A DNA stretch of 64,000 nucleotides from positions 61,816,001 through 61,880,000 of the forward strand of contig NC_091480.1 in the NCBI RefSeq assembly GCF_036971445.1. The letters are read 5' to 3'. Positions 10,876 through 23,764 of the stretch are shown here, in pieces. The notes under the pieces are model-generated. The model saw nothing but the letters and a program-made list of their open reading frames with translations. It did not search any database and was not told the DNA's origin. Both the position numbers and the translations under genes were made by a program. Origin of the DNA: Narcine bancroftii (taxonomy: Eukaryota). How positions within the stretch are numbered: position 1 is the stretch's first letter; every line of letters starts with the position of its first letter.

Positions 10876-13800
10876 TTTCTTTAACTCCTTGAAGAATTTC
10901 TCTGTCAGGTGTATTGGCAATGCCTGAAATAGGTATAATATCCTTGGAAAAATTTTCATTTTAATACAGTTTATCCTTCCTATTAGTGTTAGTGGTAAAT
11001 CTTTCCAATGCTCTAAATCATCCTGTAATTTTTTCATTAGTGGATAATAATTGAGTTTATATAGTTGGCCGAGATTTTTATTTATTTCTATACCTAGGTA
11101 TCTTATTGCTTGCATTTGCCATCTGAATGGTGATTCCTTCTTAAATTTTGAGAAATCCGCATTATTCATAGGCATTGCTTCACTTTTATTTACGTTAATC
11201 TTGTAACCCGACACTTCTCCATATTCCTTCAATTTCTTATATAATTCTTTTATTGATAGTTCTGGTTCTGTTAAGTATACTATAACATCATCCACAAATA
11301 AACTGATTTTATATTCCTTGTCTTTTATTTTTATCCCTTTTATATTATTTTCTGTTCTTATCAATTCTGCTAGTGGTTCTATAGCTAACGCGAACAATAA
11401 AGGTGATAGTGGGCATCCCTGCCGTATTGACCTGCTTAAGTTAAATTGCTTTGATACATATCCACTTACTGTCACTTTCGCCAATGGTCCCTTATATAAT
11501 GCTTTAATCCAATTAATATACTTCTCTGGTAAACTGAATTTTTGCAATACTTTGAATAAATAATTCCATTCTACTCTGTCAAAGGCCTTCTCTGCGTCTA
11601 AAGCAACTGCTACTGTTGGCGCTTTACTCTCTTCTACTGCATGAATTAAGTTAATAAATTTACAAATATTGTCTGTTGTGCGTCTTTTTTTAATAAATCC
11701 AGTTTGGTCTAGATTTACCATTTTCAGTACATACTCTGCTCATCTGTTTGCTAATAGTTTAGCTATTATCTTATAATCTGTGTTAAGTAAAGATATTGGT
11801 ATATATGACGCTGGTGCGAGTGGTAAGCTTTGTGTTTTATCAATCTGGTTGATTACTTCCAGGAGGGGAGGAATTAATAAATCTTTAAATGTTTTATAGA
11901 ATTCTATTGGGAATCCATCCTCTCCTGGTGTCTTATTATTTGGTAATTTTTTTATTATCTCTTGTATTTCTACTATTCCAAATGGTTCTGTTAATTTATT
12001 TTGTTCCTCTATTTGTAGTTTTGGTAGTTCAATTTTAGTTAGAAATTCATCTATTTTCCCTTCTTTCCCTTCGTTTTCAGTTTGGTATAATTGTTCATAG
12101 AATTCTCTAAAGTTTTCCTCGATCTCCTTTGGATTATATGTGATTTGTTTGTCTTTTTTCCTTGATGCCAATACCATTTTCTTAGTTTGTTCTGTCTTAA
12201 GCTGCCATGCTAGAATTTTGTGCGTTTTTTCCCCTAGTTCATAATATTTCTGTTTTGTCTTCATTATATTCTTCTCCACCTTATATGTTTGTAGTGTTTC
12301 ATATTTTATTTTTTTATCTGCCAATTCTCTTCTTTTAATTGTATCTTCCTTCATTGCTAATTCTTTTTCTATATTTACTATTTCCCTTTCCAACTGCTCT
12401 GTTTCCTGATTATAGTCCTTCTTCATCTTGGTTACATAACTTATTATTTGCCCTCTAAGGTACGCTTTCATTGCATCCGATAGTATAAACTTATCTTTCA
12501 CTGATTCCGTGTTTATTTCAAAATACATTTTAATTTGTCTTTCAATGAATTCTCTAAAATCCTGCCTTTTGAGTAACATGGAGTTTAATCTCCATCTATA
12601 CATTCTTGGAGGGATGTCCTCTAACTTTATTGTCAATATTAAGGGTGAATGGTCCGATAATATTCTAGCTTTATATTCTGTTTTTCTTACTCTGTCTTAC
12701 ATACGAGCTGATAACAAAAATAGGTCTATTCTTGAGTATGTTTTATGTCTAGCCTAGTAATATGAATATTCCTTTTCCATTGGGCATTGTTTCCTCCATA
12801 TATCCAAAAGTTGCATTTCTTCCATCGATTTAATTATAAATTTGGTTACTTTGTTCTTTCTGTTAATTTTTTTTCCCAGTTTTGTCCATATTTGAATCCA
12901 AATTCAGGTTGAAATCCCGTCCTATTAATATGTTCCCTTGCGTATCTGCTATCTTCAAAAAAATATCTTGCATAAACTTTTGATCTTCTTCGTTAGGTGA
13001 ATATATATTGAGTAGATTCCAAAACTCCGAATATATCTGACATTTTATCATTACATATCTCCCTGCTGGATCTATTATTTCCTCTTCTATTTTAATTGGC
13101 ACATTTTTACTAATTAATATAGCTACTCCTCTTGCTTTTGAATTATACGACGCTGCTGTTACGTGTCCTACCCAATCTCTCTTTAATTTCTTGTGCTCCA
13201 ATTCCATTAAATGTGTTTCTTGCACAAATGCTATATCAATTTTTTCTTTTTTCAGTAAATTTAGCAGTTTCTTCCTTTTAATTTGGTTATGTATTCCGTT
13301 AATATTTAAAGTTATATAGTTCAGCGTAGCCATTTTATACTTTGTTTATTTCCCTTTCCGTTTCTCCATCATTACCTTTCCTTCTTAACCATTTCTGCTT
13401 TCTTGTTTTGAACACTTTATAAGACAACATTTCTAAAACATCAAACATTTTCCCTATTCTCCTATTTGAAACTTCTTTAACCCCAATCTCCCCTCCCCCT
13501 CCTGAGTTGTCCTTTATCCCTTGTCGGACAACCACATCTCCCCTCTCCATTTGGATTTGCGAATTCACTCGCAAGCGTCAGCTGATTTTGCAGTGACTGT
13601 AACTCCTCCCCACCCATCCCCCCCCAGAAAAGATTTCAATTTTCATATGTAACAAAGGTCACTCTTAATTCCCTCCTTATTCCCTCTATTCCATTTCCCT
13701 CCCTTATTAATTCTTGTCTATACTCTATATATTTTCCTCTAAATACGGATACATTCATGTATGCACACTATATATATACACACATATAGCCCTTTACACA

Positions 13801-16800
13801 CATACATATAGATCGTGGTCATTTTTACTTTTATTACATGTCTTCATCTCTCTGCTTGTTTTGTAATTGTTCTGCAAGTTTCCTTGCTTCCTCTGGATCC
13901 GAGAATAGTCTGTTTTGTTGCCATGGAATAATTATTTTAAGTACCGCTGGGTACCTTAACATAAACTTATATCCTTTTTTCCATAAGATCGTTTTCGCTG
14001 TATTGAACTCCTTCCTCTTCTTCAGGAGTTCAAAACTTATGTCTGGATAGAAAAAAATTTTTTGACCTTTATATTCCAGTGGCTTTTTGTCCTCTCTTAT
14101 TTTCTTCATTGGTTTCTCCAATATATTTTCTCTTGTTGTATATCTTAAGAATTTTACTAAAATGGATCTTGGTTTTTGCTGCGGTTGTGGTTTCGGGGCT
14201 GAAGTTCTATGTGCCCTCTCTATTTCCATTTCTTCCTGTAATTCTGGTCTTCCCAGGACCCTAGGGATCCAATCTTCTATAAATTCTCTCATATTCTTGC
14301 CTTCTTCATCTTCCTTAAGGCCCACTATCTTTATATTATTTCTTCTATTATAGTTTTCTATCATATCTATCTTCTGAGCTAACAGCTCCTGTGCTTCTTT
14401 AGCTTTTTTATTAGATTCTTCTAATTTCTTTTTTAAGTCTTTTACTTCCATATCTACAAATGTTTCTCGTTTTTCCATATTTTCCACTCTTTTTGCCAAT
14501 TCTGATGTGGCCACTTCCATTTTATTCATTCTTTCTTCTGCATTCTTAATTCTTCTTTTTATCTCATCAAATTCTTGTAATTGCCATTCTTTCACTGATT
14601 CCATATATTCTTTAAAAAAAGATACATCCATTGTCTTGCTCTCTCCGCGGCGGTCCTCTTCGGACAGGTAAGGCCTTCACCTTCTTCTTCCGACGTCTTT
14701 CCTTCTTCTTTTCTTCCCGTTGTTTTTGGTTTTTCTTTCTTCGCTGCCATTTTCTTCACACTTTTACTTTCACTTTGTTTTGGTTTTTAAGTTTGTGCCT
14801 TTGTTTTTTCTCTATCTTTTTTTTAACTTTTCTGGAGAGGGCTGGAGTTCCTCTACCGGCCACTGCTCCATCACGTGACTCCTCCCCATTTGCCTTCTTT
14901 ACAGCTTTCTGAACCTGCATGTTAGCCAAGTACACCCAGATCCATTTGCACCTCCCCACTCCCTAGCTTGTCTCCATTTAAATAATACTCAGCTTTCCTA
15001 TTATTCCCCCCAAAATGGATAACCTCACATTTGCTCACATTGAACATCATCTTCCATTCAGCAGCCCACTCCCCCAACCTGTCCAAGTCCCTCTACATTT
15101 TCCTGACATCCTCCTCACACCGCCACCTCGTTTAGTGTCATCTGCAAATTTGCTCATGTTAATAATAATCCCCTCATCCCAATCATTTACATAAATTACA
15201 AACAACTGAGGACCCAATACCGATCCCTGCGGCACTCCACTCGTCACATCCTGCCATCCTGAAAAAGACCCGCTTACTCCAACCCTTTGTTTCCTATTTC
15301 TTAACCAATTTCCTATCCATGTCAGCACCTTACCTCCAATACCATGCTCCCTGATCTTGCCCACTAGTCTCCCGTGCGGTACCTTATCAAAGGCCTTCTG
15401 GAAGTCCAAATACACCACATCCACTGGCTCTCCCAAGTCACATCCTCGAAAAATTCCAGAAGGTTAGTCAAGCATGACTTACCCTTAAGGAATCCATGCT
15501 GACTAGCCCTTATACTATTATTTCTGCCTAAGTGTTCTGCTATCACTCCTTTTATGATAGATTCCAATATCTTCCCCACCACTGACGTCAGGCTGACCGG
15601 TCTAAAATTTCCCGTTTCCTCCCTCCCTCCTTAAAAATCGGCACTACATCAGCCACTCTCCAATCCTCAGGGACCTCCCCCGAATCTATGGAACTTTGGA
15701 AAATGTCGACCAGTGCCTCCACAATTTCCATAGCAACTTCTTTAAGCACCCTGGGATGCAGCCCATCAGGCCCTGGGGATTTATCAGCCCTCAGTCCCAA
15801 CAATTTATTCACAACCTCTTGCTTCTGGATCCGGATATCCATTAGATCCCCTACTTCCCCAGGAAAGTTCCCCAAGTCTCTTGATACCACATGACCACTA
15901 CCCCCTAACTGACCATAACCTATATCCTCCTTGGTGAAGACAGTTGCAAAGTATTTGTTAAATTCCTCAGCTATCTTCTTGTTTCCGGTAATAATTCCAC
16001 CCTTTTCCATTCTTAAAGGACCAATTTTGGACCGAACCAATTTCTTCCTCTTATTATATTTAAAAAAGCTTTTGCTATCCTCCATTATATTATTTGCTAA
16101 TTTCCTCTCCTACTTCATTTTCCCCTCTCTTATGACTTTCTTAGTTACTCTCTGATGCTCTTTGAAGGTTTCCCAATCCTCTAATTTCCCACTCCGCTTC
16201 GCTATCTTATACTTACTCCCTTTGGATTTGAGTCCCTATCTTCAGCATTTTGCTTGGTACAGCACCAGTGGGGCTTTGCAACATACATTCATCTGTTCCA
16301 GTTCCACTAACCTTTAAGCCAGTGAATGAGGCCTGCAGTGCCTTGACAGGGTCTTCATCTTGCTTGATAGTTGAAGCCGCTTCTTCTTTGGCTACTGGCT
16401 CCAACCTCCTGCCAAGCATTGTCAGTCAGTCTTGCTGACTCAACTCACGATCAAACAGTTCTTTGAGAAGATCTGTTTGCTAAACGTCTTTAACCAGACA
16501 AGATTTCTTCTTATCTGTCTTGGGTTCTTCACACTGCAACCTGGCTTCTGCCCTGGCTTCTCCTGGTTCCTGGGAACTGGAAACAAATTTTGTCTCTTAC
16601 TTGGTCCTTCTAAGAGAGTTGCTGCTGGCTGAATTGTCTCTGTGGTTCTGCACACAAGCTTCTTTATCTTAACGTTTATGTTTACAAGAACATTTTCTGG
16701 GCTTCCTGCCAATTCTGCTACCAGAGTTGTGGCTTATCTTTTTCAAGGATGCAGTTGTCTGGCCAGACTTTGGCTCAATTTCAAACTGCATAATTCACAG

Positions 16801-17036
16801 AAAGGTTCAAACATTTCTGGGATATTCTATTATTAGTGTGGATGTCTCTTGATTTTAATTATTAATTCTTCCAAACAAAGTACACAATTAAATTTTTATT
16901 TGAATCAAAATATAGATGATACTTTCCTTATTTTAATATAGCCTAATTTCAAACTATCATCTTCCAAAGCATCAGCTGCGATATCCTGATTTTCAATCTC
17001 TTTAATCCAATAAATCAGACTCTGTGGCTGTTACTT

Positions 17037-20000
17037 TTTAAAAATGTTTTATTTTTCACACCATAAACCACATTGATCAAGATACATACATTTTCCTTTT
17101 CAAATATATACAGTGTCGTTTTCTCCCGCCCCCCCTCTTCCCATCCCACCCTCCCTACCTCCCCTCCCATTCATTTAAGTTCAGAATCTAAGATACATTA
17201 AACCCATTAAACAATGTTGTCACTCAATAAAAATAAACAAGAAATTCCACTGAGTCAATTCCTTTCATTTCCTTCTCCTTCTGTCATTTTAGGTGGCAGA
17301 TGTCCCCGGTAGGTTTTCTCTATTGTGTTTCATGTATGGCTCCCATATTTGTTCAAATATTGCAATATTATTTCATAAATTATATGTTATTTTTTCTAAT
17401 GGAATACATTTATTCATTTCTATATACCATTGTTGTATTCTCAAGTTATCTTCTAATTTCCAGGCTGACATAATACATTTTTTTGCTACGGCTAGGGCTA
17501 TCCTAACAAATCTTTTTTGTGCACCATCCAAATCAAGTCCAAATTCTTTGTTTTTTATGTTACTTAGGAGGAAGATCTCTGGGTTTTTTGGTATATTGCT
17601 TTCTGTAATTTTATTTAATATCTGGTTTAGATCTTCCCAAAATTTTTTCACTTTCTCACACGTACAGGTTGCATGAATTGTTGTTCCCATTTCTTTTTTA
17701 CAACGAAAACATCTGTCAGATACTGTTGGGTCCCATTTATTTAACTTTTGAGGTGTAATGTATAGCCTGTGTATCCAGTTATATTGTATCATACGTAACG
17801 TCGTGTTTATTGTATTTCTCATAGTTCCAGAGCATAACTTCTCCCATGTTTCCTTCTTTATCTTTATGTTTAAATCTTGTTCCCATTTTTGTTTAGTTTT
17901 ACCATTTGTTTCCTCATTCTCCTTTTCTTGTTGTTTAATATACATGTTTGTTACAAATTTTTTGATTATCATTGTGTCTGTAATCACATATTCAAAATTA
18001 CTTCCCTCTGGTAACCTCAGACTGCCTCCCAATTTGTCCTTCAAGTAGGATTTCAGTTGGTAGTATGCCAACACTGTATCTTGAGTTATATTATATTTAT
18101 TCTTCATTTGTTCAAAGGATAGTAATTTATTTCCTGAAAAACAATTTTCTATTCTTTTGATCCCTTTTTTCTCCCATTCTCTAAAGGAAAGGTTATCTAT
18201 TGTAAAAGGGATTAACTGATTTTGCGTCAGTAATAGTTTTGGTAATTGGTAATTTGTTTTATTCCTTTCTACATGAATCTTCTTCCAAATATTGAGCAGA
18301 TGATGTAATACTGGAGAACTTCTATGTTGTACCAATTTTTCATCCCATTTATATATATGTTCAGGTATCTTCTCCCTTATTTTATCTAGTTCTAATCTAG
18401 TCCAATCTGGCTTTTCCCTTGTTTGATAAAAATCTGATAGGTATCCTAATTGTGCGGTTCTATAATCATTTTTAAAGTTTGGCAGTTGTAAGCCTCCTTG
18501 TTTATACCATTCTGTTAATTTATCTAGTGCTATCCTCGGTTTCCCCCCCTTTCCATAAAAATTTCCTTATTATTTTCTTTAACTCCTTGAAGAATTTCTC
18601 CGTCAAGTGCATTGGCAATGCCTGAAATAGGTATTGTATCCTTGGGAAAATGTTCATTTTAATACAGTTTATCCTTCCTATTAGTGTTAGTGGTAAGTCT
18701 TTCCAATGCTCTAAGTCGTCCTGTGATTTTTTCATTAGTGGATAATAATTGAGTTTATATAGATGGCCGAGGTTTTTATTTATTTGTATACCTAGGTATC
18801 GTATTGCTTGCATTTGCCATCTAAATGGTGATTCTTTCTTAAATTTTGAGAAATCCGCATTATTCATTGGTATTGCTTCACTTTTATTTGCGTTAATCTT
18901 GTAACCCGACACTTCTCCATCTTCCTTCAATTTCTTATGTAATTCTTTTATTGATAATTCTGGTTCTGTTAAGTATACTATAACGTCATCTGCAAATAAA
19001 CTGATTTTATATTCCTTGTCTTTTATTTTCATCCCTTTTATTTTATTTTCTGTTCTTATCAGTTCTGCTAGTGGTTCTATGGCTAACGCGAACAATAAGG
19101 GAGATAGTGGGTATCCCTGCCTTGTTGATCTGCTTAAGTTAAATTGTTTTGATATATATCCATTTACTGTCACTTTCGCCAATGGCCCCTTATATAATGC
19201 TTTAATCTAATGAATATATTTCTCTGGTAAGCTGAATTTTTGTAGTACTTTGAATAAATAATTCCATTCTACTCTGTCAAAGGCCTTCTCTGCGTCTAAA
19301 GCAACTGCGACTGTTGGAGCTTTATTCCCTTCTACTGCATGAATTAAGTTAATAAATTTACAGATATTGTCTGTTGTTCGTCTTTTTTTAATAAATCCAG
19401 TTTGGTCTAGATTTACTATTTTTGGTACATAGTCGGCTAATCTGTTTGCTAATAGTTTAGCTATTATCTTATAATCTGTGTTAAGTGAAGATATTGGTCT
19501 ATATGACGCTGGTGTGAGTGGATCTTTCCCTGTCTTTGGTATTACTGTAATTATTGCTGTTTTGCATGAATCTGGTAAGCTTTATGTTTTATCAATCTGG
19601 TTGATTACTTCCAGGAGGGGAGGAATTAATAAATCTTTAAATGTTTTATAGAATTCTATTGGGAATCCATCCTCTCCTGGTGTTTTATTGTTCGGTAGTT
19701 TTTTTTATTATCTCCTGTAATTGTTCTATTTCAAATGGTTTTATTAATTTATTTTGCTCCTGTTTGTAATTTCGGTAGTTCAATTTTAGTTAGAAATTCA
19801 TCTATTTTGTCTTCTTTCCCTTTGTTTTCAGTTTGATATAGTTGCTTGCAGAATTCCCTGAAGATTTCATTGATCTCCATTGGATTATATGTAATTTGCT
19901 TGTCTTTTTTCCTTAATGCCAATACCATTCTCTTAGTTTGTTCTGTCTTAAGCTGCTAAGCTAGAATTTTGTGTGTTTTTTCTCCTAGTTCATAATATTT

Positions 20001-23000
20001 CTGTTTTGTCTTCATTATGTTCTTCTCCACCTTATATGTTTGTAGTGTTTCATATTTAATTTTTTTGTCTGCCAATTCTCTTCTTTTAGTTGTATCTTCC
20101 TTTATTGCTAATTCTTTTTCTATATTTACTATTTCCCTTTCCAACTGTTGTTTCCTGATTGTAGTCCTTCTTCATCTTGGTTACATAACTTATTATTTGC
20201 CCTCTAATGAATGTTTTCATTGCGCCCCATAGTATAAACTTATCTTTCACTGATTCCATATTTATTTCAAAGTACATTTTAATTTGTCTTTCAATGAATT
20301 GTTTAAAATCCTGCCTTTTAAGTAGCATGGAGTTTAATCTCCATCTATACATTCTTTGAGGGATGTCCTCTAACTCTATTGTCAATATCAGGGGTGAATG
20401 GTCCGATAATATTCTAGCTTTATATTCTGTTTTTCTTACTCTATCTGTCTTGCATACGAGCTGATAACAGGAATAGGTCTCTTCTTGAGTATGTTTTATG
20501 TCTGCCCGAATAATATGAATATTCCTTTTCCTTTGGGTGTTGTTTCCTCCATATATCCAAAAGTTGCATTTGTTGCATCGATTTAATTATAAATTTGGTT
20601 ACTTTGTTCTTTCTGTTAGTCTTTTTCCCAGTTTTATCCATGTTTGAATCCAAATTAAGGTTGAAATCCCCTCCTATTAGTATGTTCCCTTGCGTGTCTG
20701 CTATCTTCAAAAAGATATCTTGCATAAATTTTTGATCTTCTTCGTTAGGTGAATATACATTGAGTAAATTCCAAAACTCCGAATATATCTGACATTTTAT
20801 CATTACATATCTCCCTGCTGGATCTATTATTTCCACTTCTATTTTAATTGGTACATTTTTACTGATTAATATAGCTACTCCTCTAGCTTTTGAATTATAT
20901 GACGCTGCTGTTACATGTCCTACCCAATCTCTCTTTAATTTCTTGTGCTCCATTTCAGTTAAATGTGTTTCTTGCACGAATGCTATATCAATTTTTTCTT
21001 TTTTCAGTAAATTTAGCAGTTTCTTCCTTTTGATTTGGTTATGTATTCCGTTAATATTTAAAGTCATATAGTTCAACATAGCCATTTCATACTTTGTTTA
21101 TCTTCCCTTTCTGTTTCCTCATCATCACCTTTCCTTCTTATCCATTTCTGCTTTCTTGTTTTGAACACTTTATAAGACAACATTTCTAAAACATCAAAGA
21201 TTTCCCTTATTCTCCTATCTAAAATTTCTTTAACCCCATTATCCCCTCCCCTTCCTGAGTTGCCCTTTATCCCTTGTTGGGCAACCACATCTCCCCTCTC
21301 CATTTGGATTTGCGAATTCACTCGCAAGCGTCAACTGATTTATCAGTGACCGTAACTCCTCCCCACCCAGCCCCCCCAGAAAAGATTTCAATTTTCATAT
21401 ATAACAAAGGTCACTCTTTTAATTCCCTCCTTACTTCCTCTCTTCCCTTTCATTCCCTTATTAATTCTTACCTATACTCTATATATTTTCCTCTAAATAC
21501 GGATACACTCATGTACACACATATATACATACACACCTATATATATATCTTTTTCTTTTCTTTGGCTTGGCTTCGCGGACGAAGATTTATGGAGGGGGTA
21601 AAAAGTCCACGTCAGCTGCAGGCTCGTTTGTGGCTGACCAGTCCGATGTGGGACAGGCAGACACGATTGCAGCGGTTGCAAGGGAAAATTGGTTGGTTGG
21701 GGTTGGGTGTTGGGTTTTTCCTCCTTTGCCTTTTGTCAGTGAGGTGGGCTCTGCGGTCTTCTTCAAAGGAGGCTGCTGCCCGCCAAACTGTGAGGCGCCA
21801 AGATGCACGGTTTGAGGCGTTATCAGCCCACTGGCGGTGGTCAATGTGGCAGGCACCAAGAGATTTCTTTAGGCAGTCCTTGTACCTTTTCTTTGGTGCA
21901 CCTCTGTCACGGTGGCCAGTGGAGAGCTCGCCATATAATACGATCTTGGGAAGGCGATGGTCCTCCATTCTGGAGACGTGACCCATCCAGCGCAGCTGGA
22001 TTATATATATATATACATATACATACCCATATACACACATACATATAGTTCGTGGTCATTTTTACTCTCGTTACACGTCTTCATCTCTCTGTCTGTTTTG
22101 TAGTTGTTCTGCAAATTTTCGTGCTTCCTTCAGATCCGAGAATAGTCTGTTTTGCTGCCCTGGAATAACTATTTTAAGTACCGCTGGGTACTTTAACATA
22201 AATTTATATCCTTTTTTCCATAGGATCGTTTTTGCTGTATTAAACTCCTTTCTCTTCTTCAGGTGTTCAAAACTTATGTCTGGATAGAAAATTTTTTTTT
22301 TGTCCTTTGTATTCCAGTGGCTTTTTGTCTTCTCTTATTTTCTTCGTTGCTTTCTCCAATATATTTTCTCTTGTTGTATATCTTAAGAATTTTACTAAAA
22401 TGGATCTTGGTTTTTGCTGTGGCTGTGGTTTCGGGGCTAATGTTCTATGTGCCCTTTCTAATTCCATTTCTTCCTGTAATTCTGGTCTTCCTAGAACCCT
22501 GGGGATCCAATCTTTTATACATTCTCTCATATTCTTGCCTTCTTCATCTTCCTTAAGTCCCACTATCTTTATATTGTTTCTTCTATTATAATTTTCCATG
22601 ATATCTATCTTCTGAGCTAACAGCTCTTGTGTCTCTTTAACTTTTTTATTAGATTCTTCTAATTTCTATTTTCAGTCCTCTACTTCCATTTCTACGATTG
22701 TTTCTCGTTCTTCCACATTGTCCACTCTTTTTCCTATTTCTGACATGACCATCTCTAATCTATTCATTTTTTCTTCTGCACTTTTAATTCTTCTTTTTAT
22801 TTCACTAAATTCTTTTAATTGCCATTCTTTTACTGATTCCATATATTCTTTAAAAAAAAATATCTATTGTCTTGCCTTTCCCTTCTTCTTCCATTTCTCT
22901 CTGTTCTTCTTCTTCCTCTGGATTGGTCGTCTGTTGCTTCCTTGTTTTCTTTTTACTCTCTTCTTTCTTGTTCTCGTTGTTTTCTATGTTCTCTTCCTGT

Positions 23001-23417
23001 TGTTGTGTTGCAGCTGTCATCCTCAGCTGTGGAGATCGACTCCTCAGCTGTTCCCCCCTCCCGTCAGTGTGCTTTTTTTCATGTGCAGTTGCGCACTTTT
23101 ACTTGGCTCCGCGCGCCATTTTTGTCGTCCCGAGCTCGGAACTTCCACTGACCTTAGGGAGCGGGCTTCTCTCTCCGTGGCGGGCCTCCTCGGACAGGTA
23201 AGGCCTTCACCTTCTTCTTCCAACGTTCTTTCTTCTTCTCTTCTTCCCGTTGCTTTCGACTTTTCTCTCTTCGCTGCCATTTTCTTCCAACCTTTACTTT
23301 TACTTTGTTTTAATTTTTATTCTTGTACCTTTGTGTTTTGTGTATTTTTTTTTAAACTTTTCCGGAGAGGGCTGGAGTTCCCTGACCGGCCACTACTCCA
23401 TCATGTGACTCCTCCCC
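17037..23417 (-). mobile_element. Full-length L1 (copy C), disabled
   Basis: 15-bp TSD CTGTGGCTGTTACTT at 17022-17036 and 23418-23432. ORF1 remnants ~22070-23070; ORF2 from 21085 with endonuclease, RT (LFADD) and C-terminal domain, broken by stops. Confidence 0.95.
21549..22002 (-). mobile_element. RTE-clade (BovB-like) LINE 3' fragment in the L1 C inter-ORF (TA)n tract
   Basis: QLRWMGHVSRMEDHRLPKIVLYGELSTGHRDRGAPKKRYKDCLK and C-terminal CxxC...H motif; TA repeats on both sides. Confidence 0.9.
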
Positions 23418-23764
23418 CTGTGGCTGTTACTTGATGTAGTTTTAATTCGTTGATAGAACGGATCAACATTTTGCATAGTTTCGCCACAAAACTTTCTTAA
23501 TGGTGAATAACAAAACATTTACTGTATAAAGATACAAAGATATATATAGAGATACAAAAAGTTAAAGAGATACAAAAATTCAAAGAAAAATTTCTCGTGC
23601 TCATGCTTCCTTCACATCTTGTAGAATGAGAGCAAGCCATTAGTCTGGGCAGTTATTAGGACATATTCCATAGTCACTATGGTAACACTACAAACAGCAG
23701 TCCTCTTAAAGAGACAGGCACAAAATTAACAAAGAATTAACCTTTAAGTTTTAACCTTTACACA

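Larger units (their letters stand above)
5388..14885 (-). mobile_element. Full-length L1-clade LINE (copy A), disabled, containing nested copy B
   Basis: 15-bp TSD CCATTTGCCTTCTTT at 5373-5387 and 14886-14900; A-rich tail at 5388. ORF1 13834-14631 (RRNNIKIVGL, IERAHR, YPDIS). ORF2 from 13333: endonuclease, RT (ALDAEKAFDRVEW, QGCPLSP, LFVDD), C-terminal cysteine motif; several stops and frameshifts. Confidence 0.95.
4735..16212 (-). mobile_element. CR1 LINE ORF2 3' half (4735-5387 + 14901-16212), split by L1 insertion
   Basis: KSPGPDGLHPRVLKE, YLDFQKAFDKVPH, KFADDTK, then LYRALVRPHLEYCVQFWSP; short (CTATTGT)n-like 3' tail near 4735-4750. Confidence 0.92.

Noticed and set aside
623..23434. Many hydrophobic plus-strand ORFs
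   Set aside because: Antisense shadows of A-rich LINE ORFs.
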